Assembly: GCA_028286885.1 (NCBI GenBank)
Contig: JAQBQS010000003.1
Location: 44,607-108,606 of the forward strand
DNA length: 64,000 nucleotides
Direction of reading: 5' to 3'
DNA from: Patescibacteria group bacterium
GTDB taxonomy: Bacteria; Patescibacteriota; Minisyncoccia; Phycocordibacterales; UBA1006
Shown here: piece by piece, positions 19,746-28,264 of the stretch
Layout: each line of letters starts with the position of its first letter
Numbering within the stretch: position 1 is the stretch's first letter
Made by a program: the position numbers and the translations under genes
Notes under the pieces: model-generated
Database searches by the model: none
What the model was told of the DNA's origin: nothing
What the model saw: only the letters and a program-made list of their open reading frames with translations

Positions 19746-20723
19746 ATGATGAACCTTTCAATCGTCCTGCCTTCAAAACTCAAAATCGTTTCAAGCGACG
19801 ATCGGCGCGGAATTTTCGAAATAGAAGGGTTGTACCCGGGATACGGACATACGCTTGGAAACTCCTTGCGCCGTATTATCTATTCTTCGATTCCAGGAGC
19901 GGCGATCACGAGCGTAAAAATCAAGGGAGCCGATCATGAATTCTCAACGCTTGCGGGCGTTCGCGAAGACGTGATGACGATCATCTTGAACTTGAAAAAA
20001 GTAAGGTTCCAGATCGCAGGCGACGAACCACAGGCGGCAACGCTTTCGGTTAAAAGCGGCATCGTAACGGCTGGGGATTTCCAGGTACCGGGCGGACTCG
20101 TGGTGATGAACCCCGAGCAGCCTATTGCCGAGATTTCAGGCAAGGGAGATCTCTCAATCGACATTGTCGTTGAGAAAGGCCTCGGATTCGTTCCTCGAGA
20201 AATGCTTTCCAAGGAAAAAGTTGACGTTGGAACGATCATGACAGACGCGCGATTTTCTCCTGTCGTTGGCGCAAGCTACGACGTAGAAGACATGCGTGTC
20301 GGCGATCGAACGAACTACAACCGCCTTCGAATGACGATCGATACCGACGGTTCAGTATCTCCAAAAGAGGTGCTCGAGCTCTCGATGAAGATCATGCTCG
20401 ACCAGTTCCGCGCGATCCTCGATCTCAAGGAAATTGCCGAGACAAAGATGCCTGAGCCAATGCGCGACATTGCACCGATGTCTGAATCTTCTGAGCCAGA
20501 AATGGACAAGGAAGACTTGACGGAGATGTTGAAAACTCGTATTGATTCATTGCAGCTTTCAACGCGAACCCTCAACGCACTTTCAGATGCGGGAATCCGA
20601 ACAGTCGGAGGATTGCTCCAGAAGACGGAGGAAGGTTTGCTTGATCTCGACGGATTCGGCGAGAAGGGATTGAATGAAGTAAAGGATGTGCTTTCGAGCT
20701 ACGGACTCTCACTTAAGAAATAA
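19746..20723 (+). CDS. rpoA: RNA polymerase alpha subunit
   Basis: GYGHTLGNSLRR, HEFSTLAGVRED, alpha-CTD LSTRTLNAL. Confidence 0.98.
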   Translation: MMNLSIVLPSKLKIVSSDDRRGIFEIEGLYPGYGHTLGNSLRRIIYSSIPGAAITSVKIKGADHEFSTLAGVREDVMTIILNLKKVRFQIAGDEPQAATLSVKSGIVTAGDFQVPGGLVVMNPEQPIAEISGKGDLSIDIVVEKGLGFVPREMLSKEKVDVGTIMTDARFSPVVGASYDVEDMRVGDRTNYNRLRMTIDTDGSVSPKEVLELSMKIMLDQFRAILDLKEIAETKMPEPMRDIAPMSESSEPEMDKEDLTEMLKTRIDSLQLSTRTLNALSDAGIRTVGGLLQKTEEGLLDLDGFGEKGLNEVKDVLSSYGLSLKK

Positions 20724-20727
20724 ATTT

Positions 20728-21087
20728 ATGCGACATCATGATAACAACCGAAAATTCGGACGCGAGCGGAAAGTGCGCATTGCATTTCTTCGCGGTTTGA
20801 TTCGGGCACTTGTCATCAACGGGCGAATCCAGACCACGCTTCCGCGTGCCAAGGAGATCCGGCCGATGGTTGAGAAGATGGTTACTGTTGCCAAGAAAGG
20901 CAATGCTGACCTGTCGGCGATTCGAAATCTTGCCGCCGATATGGGCGGACAGATCGACGTCGCTCGCGAGCTCGTAAAGAACATTGCTCCGAAATATGCT
21001 GACCGAAAGGGAGGCTACATCCGAATCTTGAAATTGCCAAACCGACTCTCTGACGGGAGCGAGATGGCATTGATCGAGTTCGTATAA
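20728..21087 (+). CDS. rplQ: 50S ribosomal protein L17
   Basis: MRHH, IQTTLPRAKE, RKGGYIRI, DGSEMALIEFV. Confidence 0.97.
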   Translation: MRHHDNNRKFGRERKVRIAFLRGLIRALVINGRIQTTLPRAKEIRPMVEKMVTVAKKGNADLSAIRNLAADMGGQIDVARELVKNIAPKYADRKGGYIRILKLPNRLSDGSEMALIEFV

Positions 21088-21109
21088 TTACTAAATTAGA
21101 CCAAACACC

Positions 21110-21451
21110 ATGGAACATACTATTGATGCAACAGGGAAAAAGCTTGGCCGTGTCGCTTCACTTGCCGCCGCCTATTTGCGAGGCAAGTACGATACGGGAT
21201 TTGCACCCAATAAAGTTTCCAAGGTCAAAGTGACGATCACCAATGCATCGAAACTCGACCTTTCGGAAAAACGACTCGAGGAGGAATACCAGAGCTACTC
21301 AGGATACCCAGGAGGACTCAAGAAGGAGTCGCGAGGGCACCTGATCGGTCGACGAGGTATGAAGGAAGCCGTCATGCGAACAGTCCGAGGAATGCTTCCT
21401 CGAAACAAGCTTCGCACGCCGATGCTTAAGAATTTGATCATCAACGACTAA
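21110..21451 (+). CDS. rplM: 50S ribosomal protein L13
   Basis: IDATGKKLGRVAS, YSGYPGGLK, VRGMLPRNKL. Confidence 0.97.
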   Translation: MEHTIDATGKKLGRVASLAAAYLRGKYDTGFAPNKVSKVKVTITNASKLDLSEKRLEEEYQSYSGYPGGLKKESRGHLIGRRGMKEAVMRTVRGMLPRNKLRTPMLKNLIIND

Positions 21452-21456
21452 TTATT

Positions 21457-21864
21457 ATGGCAACAGCAAAAACAGCAACCTACATCGCCGCTATCGGACG
21501 ACGCAAAACGTCAACCGCTCGCGTACGCCTCACCGAAGCATCTGCGGCTTCGTTCATCGTGAACGACAAGCCTCTTGAAAAATACTTTGCGACCAAGGAC
21601 CTCGTCCGCGTAGCGAAGGAATCTCTCGAGAAGCCGAAGGACGTCAAAGACTATGCCATCACCGTCGTCGTCAAGGGAGGAGGAGTTCACAGCCAGGCCG
21701 AGGCCATCCGCCACGGAATCGCTCGAGCACTTTCTACAACTGACGAGACGATGAAGTCAGAAGTCAAAAAGCTTGGATTCCTGAAACGAGACGCTCGATC
21801 AAAAGAGCGCCGCAAGTTCGGACTCAAGAAGGCTCGAAAGAGCTCACAGTGGTCGAAGCGATAA
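21457..21864 (+). CDS. rpsI: 30S ribosomal protein S9
   Basis: GRRKTSTARV, GGGVHSQAEAIRHGIARAL, KARKSSQWSKR. Confidence 0.98.
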   Translation: MATAKTATYIAAIGRRKTSTARVRLTEASAASFIVNDKPLEKYFATKDLVRVAKESLEKPKDVKDYAITVVVKGGGVHSQAEAIRHGIARALSTTDETMKSEVKKLGFLKRDARSKERRKFGLKKARKSSQWSKR

Positions 21865-22020
21865 TTTCGCGAGACTCGAAAAACGTCCCGGAAGGGACTT
21901 TTTTCTTGGCAAAAAATCCTGGCAGTTTTGCCGAAAGAGGACTATACTAAAGCCATGTAGTCCCCGGATTCCGGGAGCTGCTTATTACTTATTAATTATA
22001 ATTTCTCACCTAGAACTAGT

Positions 22021-22464
22021 ATGGAAAATAATATGAATGGAATGGGCAGCATGGACAAGAAGAGCTCAACGACAGGATGGATTATTGGAATCATCGCCCT
22101 GATCGTTGTCGTTGCCATTATCTGGATCGCAGTCGCGAGCAGCAAGAAATCAGCCGATACGGCGATGCCGGCTCCGGTTGATACGTCTGCAATGAACGGC
22201 ACGCCGGCAACTGGATCAACTTCAACAAAGAGTACAACAGGAGCGACGTCTGCGGCAGGCGCACCAACGACTGCGCCTAAGACAGGAACGGTTCCAACGA
22301 CGACGACGGGAACAACCTCTACCGGCACGACTCCGGCTTCAACTGGAACAACAAACACGACAGGAACATCAGGTCCGCAGAACGGAACGACGTCAGCACA
22401 GGGCAACGGCGGCGCTGGAAATATCACGACAACTTCGACAAGCACGACGACCAAGTCAAACTAA
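22021..22464 (+). CDS. Membrane-anchored Thr/Gly-rich low-complexity protein
   Basis: Single TM followed by a mucin-like T/G/A/S tail. Confidence 0.75.
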   Translation: MENNMNGMGSMDKKSSTTGWIIGIIALIVVVAIIWIAVASSKKSADTAMPAPVDTSAMNGTPATGSTSTKSTTGATSAAGAPTTAPKTGTVPTTTTGTTSTGTTPASTGTTNTTGTSGPQNGTTSAQGNGGAGNITTTSTSTTTKSN

Positions 22465-22547
22465 TTGCGTTTTGCAATGCCAAGAAGCCCGCACAGAGCG
22501 GGTTTTTTCTTTATCTATAATTTATTCTAAAAAGATACCATTAATAA

Positions 22548-23000
22548 ATGGATAAGTTGGTCGCACATAGATTTTTCAAGAAGCATGTAAAAGATACTGA
22601 ACGCCATGCGTACGTTGTTATAGAAGAAGTAATTCTATGTTCTTTAACCAAAGCAGTTTCGATTACTATTGGAATTTCGAGTTCAAAGGCATATCTTTCG
22701 AGTCGTGCCGTAAAGCATGTCTACGACAAGCGTCCGGCACAGGAATTTGACATGCTCATTCAAAATCTTCCATCGATTGTCAAATATCCTGATTGCATTT
22801 ATAAAAACAAAAATGCAAAACGCGGATCGTTTTGCTTCGTAAAAAATATAAGAGGAATTCTTTATTTGTGTTCGCTCGAACAAGCGGAGCTGGAAGGAGA
22901 ATCAGTGCTTCAAGTAGCAACATTTTTCAGAACGACTGAAGATTATCTAAAAAATTACGAACTCTTGTGGGAGTGGAAGGGTGGCACTCCTTCATCGTAA
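22548..23000 (+). CDS. PBECR (Barnase/EndoU/colicin/RelE-like) nuclease-fold protein
   Basis: AVKHVYDKR...LPSIVKYPDCIYKN...FVK...VATFFR pattern recalled from PBECR domains. Confidence 0.6.
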   Translation: MDKLVAHRFFKKHVKDTERHAYVVIEEVILCSLTKAVSITIGISSSKAYLSSRAVKHVYDKRPAQEFDMLIQNLPSIVKYPDCIYKNKNAKRGSFCFVKNIRGILYLCSLEQAELEGESVLQVATFFRTTEDYLKNYELLWEWKGGTPSS

Positions 23001-23084
23001 CGCTTTTGATGCCGGTTGCCCGGTCTACTCGCGCCCCGCAGTAGAGCCTTTCTGCTTTTCGCTCCCGCAAGAAATCGTAATTGT
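22953..23084 (-). ncRNA. Candidate structured antisense RNA of about 130 nt
   Basis: Long closing stem plus four internal hairpins; minus-strand TTGACT-16-TATACT promoter (23118-23091) places the start at the stem foot; U-run after the stem. Confidence 0.55.
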
Positions 23085-23202
23085 ATTTGAAGTATACAGG
23101 AAATTTTTGTCAAGTCAATCTTCTGGCGTAATAAATTTATAAAAACTTTATATTTAAGGGGATATCTTTTTTCCTGGCGAAAATTTGCTATAATGCCGCC
23201 AT

Positions 23203-23835
23203 ATGAATGACGAAAACAACATCACAAATGAAGAATTGGAAATCCGTCCCGAGGAACTCGAATCTGCGGACTTCGTCACGCCGGAGCCTTTGGCGGAGGC
23301 GGACGATGTCGAATTCGTCGATACTGATTCGATGGGCGATGAGCTCAAAGACAAGGCTAAATTGAAAAATCTTCGCGAGGAATTGAAGAAAGTTCAGATC
23401 GAATCACGCGATAACCTGACGGCTTTGCAGCGAAGCCGCGCTGATTACGTGAACCTGAAAAAAGAATTGGACGAGGTTCGCGAAACGACAAAGAAAAAAA
23501 TTACCGAGAAAGTCCTCGGCGATTTTCTGCCGGTACTCGACTCGTTTGATATGGCGATGGGGAATCAGACTGCGTGGGAAGCGGTAGATAAAAACTGGCG
23601 CATGGGTGTCGAGTACATCTACAGCCAGCTCAAGAATACGCTCGAGAATAACAGTGTCGAGGCGATCGACAAAGTCGGTGTGGACTTTGATCCGAACTTG
23701 CATGAGCCGATTGAAACTAAGGAAACAGATGACGCTTCTCTTGATCATAAGATCGAGAAGATTATCCAGAAGGGTTACAAGATGGGCGAGCGAATCATTC
23801 GTCCGGCACGCGTTGTTGTGTGGAAGGTACAATAA
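23203..23835 (+). CDS. grpE: Nucleotide exchange factor GrpE
   Basis: ADYVNLKK, LPVLDSF, FDPNLHE, QKGYKMGERIIRPARVVV. Confidence 0.97.
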   Translation: MNDENNITNEELEIRPEELESADFVTPEPLAEADDVEFVDTDSMGDELKDKAKLKNLREELKKVQIESRDNLTALQRSRADYVNLKKELDEVRETTKKKITEKVLGDFLPVLDSFDMAMGNQTAWEAVDKNWRMGVEYIYSQLKNTLENNSVEAIDKVGVDFDPNLHEPIETKETDDASLDHKIEKIIQKGYKMGERIIRPARVVVWKVQ

Positions 23836-23838
23836 AGT

Positions 23839-24396
23839 ATGAGAAATCTTATATTTCTCAGCGGAATTAATGGTTCAGGCAAATCAACGATTGCGAAGCG
23901 TCTTTCAGAAAAAACAGATATTCCATTTTTTGAAGGTTCCAAAATTTTGATGAAGCATTTTGGACTTGCTGCCGGCGATTACGATGCCTTGCGGGCAATA
24001 CCGCTTGAGGATCAGCTGAAGGGAAATGTGGCAGCGCTGAAACAAATAAGCCAGGAGCATGAAAAAGCAATCGCCATAGGTCACTTCATGCTTACCATCA
24101 AAGGCACAACGCAGCCCTTTCTTGGCGATTGGTTCAATGACTGCCTATGCTTGATCCATTTGTGGAATGATCCCGATGTTATTTTGAAACGCATTGAAGA
24201 CGATGAAAGAGATCGAAAACTTTTTTCGCAACTGAACGCATCGCTTGATGAGAAAATAAAATTCATCAAAGAAACGCAAGAAAAATCGATTGAATGCGCC
24301 AAGCAGATTTCGGAACAATACGGCATTCCTCTGATTATGATTAAAAATGATCTTATAGAAGATTCAGTGAATCAGATCATAGAAAACATTTTATAA
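23839..24396 (+). CDS. P-loop nucleotide kinase (archaeal adenylate-kinase-like)
   Basis: IFLSGINGSGKST Walker A; ILKRIEDD.R.R lid-like motif. Confidence 0.75.
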   Translation: MRNLIFLSGINGSGKSTIAKRLSEKTDIPFFEGSKILMKHFGLAAGDYDALRAIPLEDQLKGNVAALKQISQEHEKAIAIGHFMLTIKGTTQPFLGDWFNDCLCLIHLWNDPDVILKRIEDDERDRKLFSQLNASLDEKIKFIKETQEKSIECAKQISEQYGIPLIMIKNDLIEDSVNQIIENIL

Positions 24397-24420
24397 ATAA
24401 AAGACCCCCAAAGAGGTCTT

Positions 24421-24771
24421 TTATTTTTTCTTTAAATCTAGATTTGCAATCATCGCAATCACCGTCGCGCCGATGATGTCGCCAGCGGTGTCGTAGAAAT
24501 ACCGCATCTTGGTTCCGTAGATTGCCAAGACTGCCGCCCAGTTCGGCGTTTCGATAAAAATCTCGATTCCTTCCCATAGTATTGCAATGCCGAGTACGAT
24601 GAGCACCGTCTGCCAATAGGAAAAACGCGTGCGGATAATCTTGGCAAGGATTGCGCCGCCGATGATGTGCATCCAGATGCCTTCGTTCATGCCGAACGCG
24701 TAGGTGATAAATGAGGAGCTATGCATGAGTCCGACGAATGATGCCCACGCGTGCATGAGAAAATGTTGCAT
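24421..24771 (-). CDS. Small membrane protein
   Basis: MHIIGG, LWEGIE, DTAGDIIG (VanZ/DUF2238-like pattern); TATAAT 6 nt before ATG 24771. Confidence 0.6.
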   Translation of the reverse strand: MQHFLMHAWASFVGLMHSSSFITYAFGMNEGIWMHIIGGAILAKIIRTRFSYWQTVLIVLGIAILWEGIEIFIETPNWAAVLAIYGTKMRYFYDTAGDIIGATVIAMIANLDLKKK

Positions 24772-24784
24772 AAGAGTATTATAC

Positions 24785-25375
24785 CTACCGTATGAATCTT
24801 CGCGCAATGGACTTGTGTGCGATGACGAACATCATGGCAATGCCAAGAAGCGTAAGGTAGATGCTGAATCCCGCAGTAGGAATCGTCCACACCGTGAGCG
24901 TTGCAAGCCCGATAACATTTCCAATTCCTCCAAGCACGTACATCATGAGCGATTCGGTTTTCGGAGCTTTCCATGTCTTGATGATTGTCGGCAATGCCGC
25001 GAAAATATCCGCGATGATGGCAACGATGGTTGCGAGTACGGGATCATGGGCAAAAATCCAAACAATGATGGCGATCAAGGAAAAAAGTCCGCTTGCGTAT
25101 TCAACCGTTCCGGTTTTCCAAGGCTTGTGTTTCGAGAAAAATGTAAGTCCTAAAATAAACAAGGGAGCAGCTCCCGCAAGCAAAAGAGGAATCGCAGAAA
25201 ACGGCGCGCCATTGGAAATCGCGATCGCAAATCCGATCAGCGGCGCGAGCGCCCACAAGATCAAGCTTACGCGATCAGGCTTGAGATTCCCCGACACCGT
25301 ACCGCGCGTCACGATGACGAGCGAAATTAGTTTCAAGGGAATCAAGAGGAGTAGTGCCGAAAAGGGAAGAATCAT
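24785..25375 (-). CDS. Multi-pass membrane protein (PQ-loop/SWEET-like)
   Basis: About seven TM segments; KPDRVS..W and LPTIIKTWKAP.TE. Confidence 0.65.
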   Translation of the reverse strand: MILPFSALLLLIPLKLISLVIVTRGTVSGNLKPDRVSLILWALAPLIGFAIAISNGAPFSAIPLLLAGAAPLFILGLTFFSKHKPWKTGTVEYASGLFSLIAIIVWIFAHDPVLATIVAIIADIFAALPTIIKTWKAPKTESLMMYVLGGIGNVIGLATLTVWTIPTAGFSIYLTLLGIAMMFVIAHKSIARRFIR

Positions 25376-25449
25376 TGGACAAGTATAGCAAGTTTTTTAT
25401 TTCTGAAATGAAAAATAAAAAACTGCCTCAGTAAGGCAGTTTTATGGAT

Positions 25450-25602
25450 TTAGATTGTTGATCTCACGGTCATTATTGCGCCGGCCGCAAAGATAATTAT
25501 TCCGGCAATAGGATTTGCAACTATTGCTATGAGGCCGCCAATGAGTGCGATCACGATACCGATTTTCCAAGGAGAAAGTTCTTTTTCTTGTTGATGTTCC
25601 AT
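25450..25602 (-). CDS. 50-aa membrane micro-protein; not in the ORF track
   Basis: MEHQQEKELSPWKIGIVIALIGGLIAIVANPIAGIIIFAAGAIMTVRSTI followed by a hairpin terminator near 25417-25443. Confidence 0.6.
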   Translation of the reverse strand: MEHQQEKELSPWKIGIVIALIGGLIAIVANPIAGIIIFAAGAIMTVRSTI

Positions 25603-25656
25603 ACGTATAATGTTTGCGAGTTTTTAGAAATTTGGTTAAATATAATATAATTAATT

Positions 25657-26193
25657 CTACTTGTCAAACATTTGAACCAAACTTTTCTCCGTCTCCTCGT
25701 CAATCGAATCCGTCACGATTACCATCATCTCGGTTGTGAGCCCCAAATCCTTTTTGATATTCATGAACATATGCTCAAACGGAAACGGAGAAATCCAAGC
25801 TGAATTCTTGAGCATGACAAAGCCGGCTTTTTTCAAAAGATAGCGCAAAGATTCTCGTTCATTTTTTCGAGACTCCGGAAGGTCGAGCATGACGATCCGC
25901 CATTTGCCGTCCCAGTTGGGGACGAGGGAATCCGCGGCCTCCAATTTCTGGCTGACGGCCTTTCGGCGGCCGACAGTGGTTAGTCGGGCATAGTCGTTTT
26001 GGCCCGAGAAATGGCTCTCTACCAGTCCCGATTCGCGCAGGTTGCGAAGTGACCGAGCCAGGGCATAGCGCTCCTTGGGAGCCAGTTTTGAGCCTTCAGA
26101 ACCTATTTTGCCTTCGAGTTCAGGCACCGAAATAGCCTTGTTTTCGGCAAGGATTTTAAGGATCTTTTTTGAATAGTCGGGTTTGCTTGGCAT
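25657..26193 (-). CDS. PaaX-like transcriptional regulator (winged HTH plus Cas2-like domain)
   Basis: LRNLRESGLVE..ARLTTVGR wHTH; WDGKWRIVMLDLPE..R..LR..L...GF..L.NSAWISP. Confidence 0.88.
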   Translation of the reverse strand: MPSKPDYSKKILKILAENKAISVPELEGKIGSEGSKLAPKERYALARSLRNLRESGLVESHFSGQNDYARLTTVGRRKAVSQKLEAADSLVPNWDGKWRIVMLDLPESRKNERESLRYLLKKAGFVMLKNSAWISPFPFEHMFMNIKKDLGLTTEMMVIVTDSIDEETEKSLVQMFDK

Positions 26194-26357
26194 AATGAAA
26201 TTATCTTTATTTTACATCTATTTTATGATAGTATTCTCCTAATGCGAAATAATGCAGATTTGTTCTTTGGTCCTGAAAAATAGAACGATCCAATCTCATA
26301 AATAAAGGTTTTGTGATGGATCACAAGAAGGCGTAACCGGAAGGGCGTCTTTTTTAT

Positions 26358-26457
26358 TTGACTTTGAAGCAAAAATGGAATATCTTTGGATTAGTCAAAG
26401 TGTGCTGTCCGGGTATCACTGGGCGAATCGGCAATCCTACGGGTTGCTGATTTTTTT
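26358..26457 (+). ncRNA. Array unit: promoter, short structured RNA, terminator
   Basis: TTGACT-17-TATCTT; hairpin GTCCGG/CTGGGC; terminator AATCGGCAATCC-TACG-GGTTGCTGATT plus T-run. Confidence 0.6.
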
Positions 26458-26458
26458 C

Positions 26459-26567
26459 TTGACATAGGAACTTGTTATGCTATAATTCAAATGTGTTTTT
26501 TCTACTTCCAGTATTCGGTAGGCGCGTACTGGCGGGGATCGGCGTTCGCAAGAATGCCGGTTTTTTT
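26459..26567 (+). ncRNA. Array unit: promoter, short structured RNA, terminator
   Basis: TTGACA-16-TATAAT with extended TG; hairpin CCAGTA/TACTGG; terminator GATCGGCGTTC-GCAA-GAATGCCGGTT plus T-run. Confidence 0.65.
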
Positions 26568-26568
26568 A

Positions 26569-26669
26569 TTGACGAGAACCCCGATAACTGCTAAATTAGC
26601 TGTCCATAGTTCCAAGTTGCCTGCCCTGAAGGCGACAAGCGGTGTCCTGCAAAGGATGCCGCTTTTTTT
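26569..26669 (+). ncRNA. Array unit: promoter, short structured RNA, terminator
   Basis: TTGACG-17-TAAATT with extended TG; hairpin GTTGCCT/AGGCGAC; terminator AAGCGGTGTCCT-GCAA-AGGATGCCGCTT plus T-run. Confidence 0.65.
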
Positions 26670-26670
26670 C

Positions 26671-26740
26671 TTGACATAGAAAAACGATATCACTATAATG
26701 GCCTTTGTACAAGGTTTTCGCGATCGCGGAAGACTTGTTG
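26671..26740 (+). promoter_or_regulatory. Consensus sigma70 promoter with a 5' hairpin (last array unit or leader of the hydrolase gene)
   Basis: TTGACA-17-TATAAT (26671-26699) then ACAAGGTTTTCGCG/CGCGGAAGACTTGT hairpin. Confidence 0.7.
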
Positions 26741-26807
26741 AAATCTTGAAAATTACTTTATTTTTAAATTATTTGGAATTTATTAACTTTTAATTGAACC
26801 TTAAAAA

Positions 26808-27359
26808 ATGGAACAAAAATCAGCATTGCTTGTCATGGATATGCAAATGGGAATCCTTGGTAATTATCTCGATGCTGATGAATTGTTGGATCGCGTATCG
26901 GTTGCCATTGAAAAAGCGCGGACGAAAGGCATTCCGGTCATGTACGTGCATTTGGGATTTCGTCCCGGCGGTCCGGAACTGAATCCGGAAAATAGATTCT
27001 TCCAGCGTTTCAAGCGGGAAGAATTTACTCCGGCATTCATGGAGCGGTTCATGCAGATCCATCCCAAGATCGCGCCAAAGGATGGCGACATCATAATTGA
27101 AAAACGCCGCGTGTCGGCATTCTCGGGAAGCGATTTGGAAGTCATCCTTCGAGCGCAGGGAATCAAGCATCTGATCCTTTCAGGAATTTCTACGTCCGGC
27201 GTCGTCCTCTCGACGACGCGCGAGGCGGCTGACAAGGATTACAAGATCACAATCTTGTCGGATTGCTGCGCCGATAGCGACAAGGAAGTTCATGAAGTTC
27301 TGTTAGAAAAAGTGTTGAACCGGCAGGCGGAAGTGGTGAGGGTAGAGGATTGGAAATAA
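26808..27359 (+). CDS. Isochorismatase-family cysteine hydrolase
   Basis: ALLVMDMQ, KRRVSAFSGSDL, GISTSGVVLST (usual catalytic Cys absent), DCCAD. Confidence 0.9.
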   Translation: MEQKSALLVMDMQMGILGNYLDADELLDRVSVAIEKARTKGIPVMYVHLGFRPGGPELNPENRFFQRFKREEFTPAFMERFMQIHPKIAPKDGDIIIEKRRVSAFSGSDLEVILRAQGIKHLILSGISTSGVVLSTTREAADKDYKITILSDCCADSDKEVHEVLLEKVLNRQAEVVRVEDWK

Positions 27360-27363
27360 TCAT

Positions 27364-27819
27364 ATGTACTCTCCATTAGAACAAAAACCGAAAGTACTTG
27401 AACTAATTGGATTATTCATTGTACTTTTCAATGGAATTGATAGTAGGTTAGGAACAGAATTCTATTGGATACTAGATCAAACAGATCGAAAGAAAAGACC
27501 AATTTTAGATTTTCTAGAAACTCAGCAAACGTCTTCTAAAATTGAAATTTTGAAGGAAATTCTCGGTCCTGATCTCTATAAAGAATTAGGAGAATTAAAT
27601 AAATTTAGAAATCAACTGTGTCACGGAATGTATGGAGTGAATCTTGCTACAGGAGAAATTTCAAATACCAAAAGACTAAAGAAACCAGCAAAAAAGTCTA
27701 AAACTCCATATTTTAAAATAGAATCTATAAATGAAAAGATTCTTGAAAAATATATTGAAAGGGAAAGGTCTGTTTTGCAGGAATTTTATAAGCTGGCGCT
27801 GTCGAGATTACCAAAATAA
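27364..27819 (+). CDS. Hypothetical protein with a HEPN-like RxxxxH motif
   Basis: AT-rich and helical; LNKFRNQLCHG. Confidence 0.55.
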   Translation: MYSPLEQKPKVLELIGLFIVLFNGIDSRLGTEFYWILDQTDRKKRPILDFLETQQTSSKIEILKEILGPDLYKELGELNKFRNQLCHGMYGVNLATGEISNTKRLKKPAKKSKTPYFKIESINEKILEKYIERERSVLQEFYKLALSRLPK

Positions 27820-27831
27820 TTTTTTTAGTTT

Positions 27832-28251
27832 ATGCCTAATGAAAACTGGAAGTCCTTAGAGGATCAATTAGGAAATCTTAATAATCAAGTTGATGATATT
27901 AAAGATATTCTTAAATCTACAAAAAGTTCGAATGAAAGTGATTTGAAAGAAATCAATAAAAATTCTGAAAAAATAAGAGACATTAATTCTGAATTGTCTG
28001 AATTAAACAGAAATGTAGAAAAAATAAAAGACGAGATTGCATCTCAAAATAAATCAGGTGTTGATTACCAATTAGATGAGTTAGAAAGAATAAATAAAAA
28101 TGTTGAGAGTATTAAAGATATAGCAGAACATCAAATACTTTCTAAAATCAATCAGCATTTAGCCGCAACAAGGAAGATTGTTAATTTGTTGATACCAATT
28201 TTTATTGTACTAGTTGCAATTTTGGTAGAACTAATCAAACTTACAAATTAA
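27832..28251 (+). CDS. Coiled-coil protein with a C-terminal TM helix
   Basis: Heptad-like repeats (L.EIN.N.EKI.D) and a hydrophobic tail. Confidence 0.65.
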   Translation: MPNENWKSLEDQLGNLNNQVDDIKDILKSTKSSNESDLKEINKNSEKIRDINSELSELNRNVEKIKDEIASQNKSGVDYQLDELERINKNVESIKDIAEHQILSKINQHLAATRKIVNLLIPIFIVLVAILVELIKLTN

Positions 28252-28264
28252 TTTTTAAAATCAT

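Noticed and set aside
21943-21983. SRP RNA or riboswitch after rpsI
   Set aside because: Only a single hairpin (with ATG-TAG at its start) is present and the SRP domain IV motif is missing; treated as a 5' UTR hairpin.
26491-26693. 62-63-aa ORFs on both strands across the RNA array
   Set aside because: They cross strong terminators and promoters and lack protein-like features; a very short leaderless product from ATG 26491 cannot be fully excluded.
25657-26745. CRISPR-Cas locus (Cas2-like protein plus periodic intergenic DNA)
   Set aside because: The protein has PaaX architecture with an N-terminal wHTH; there are no identical direct repeats and no other cas genes.
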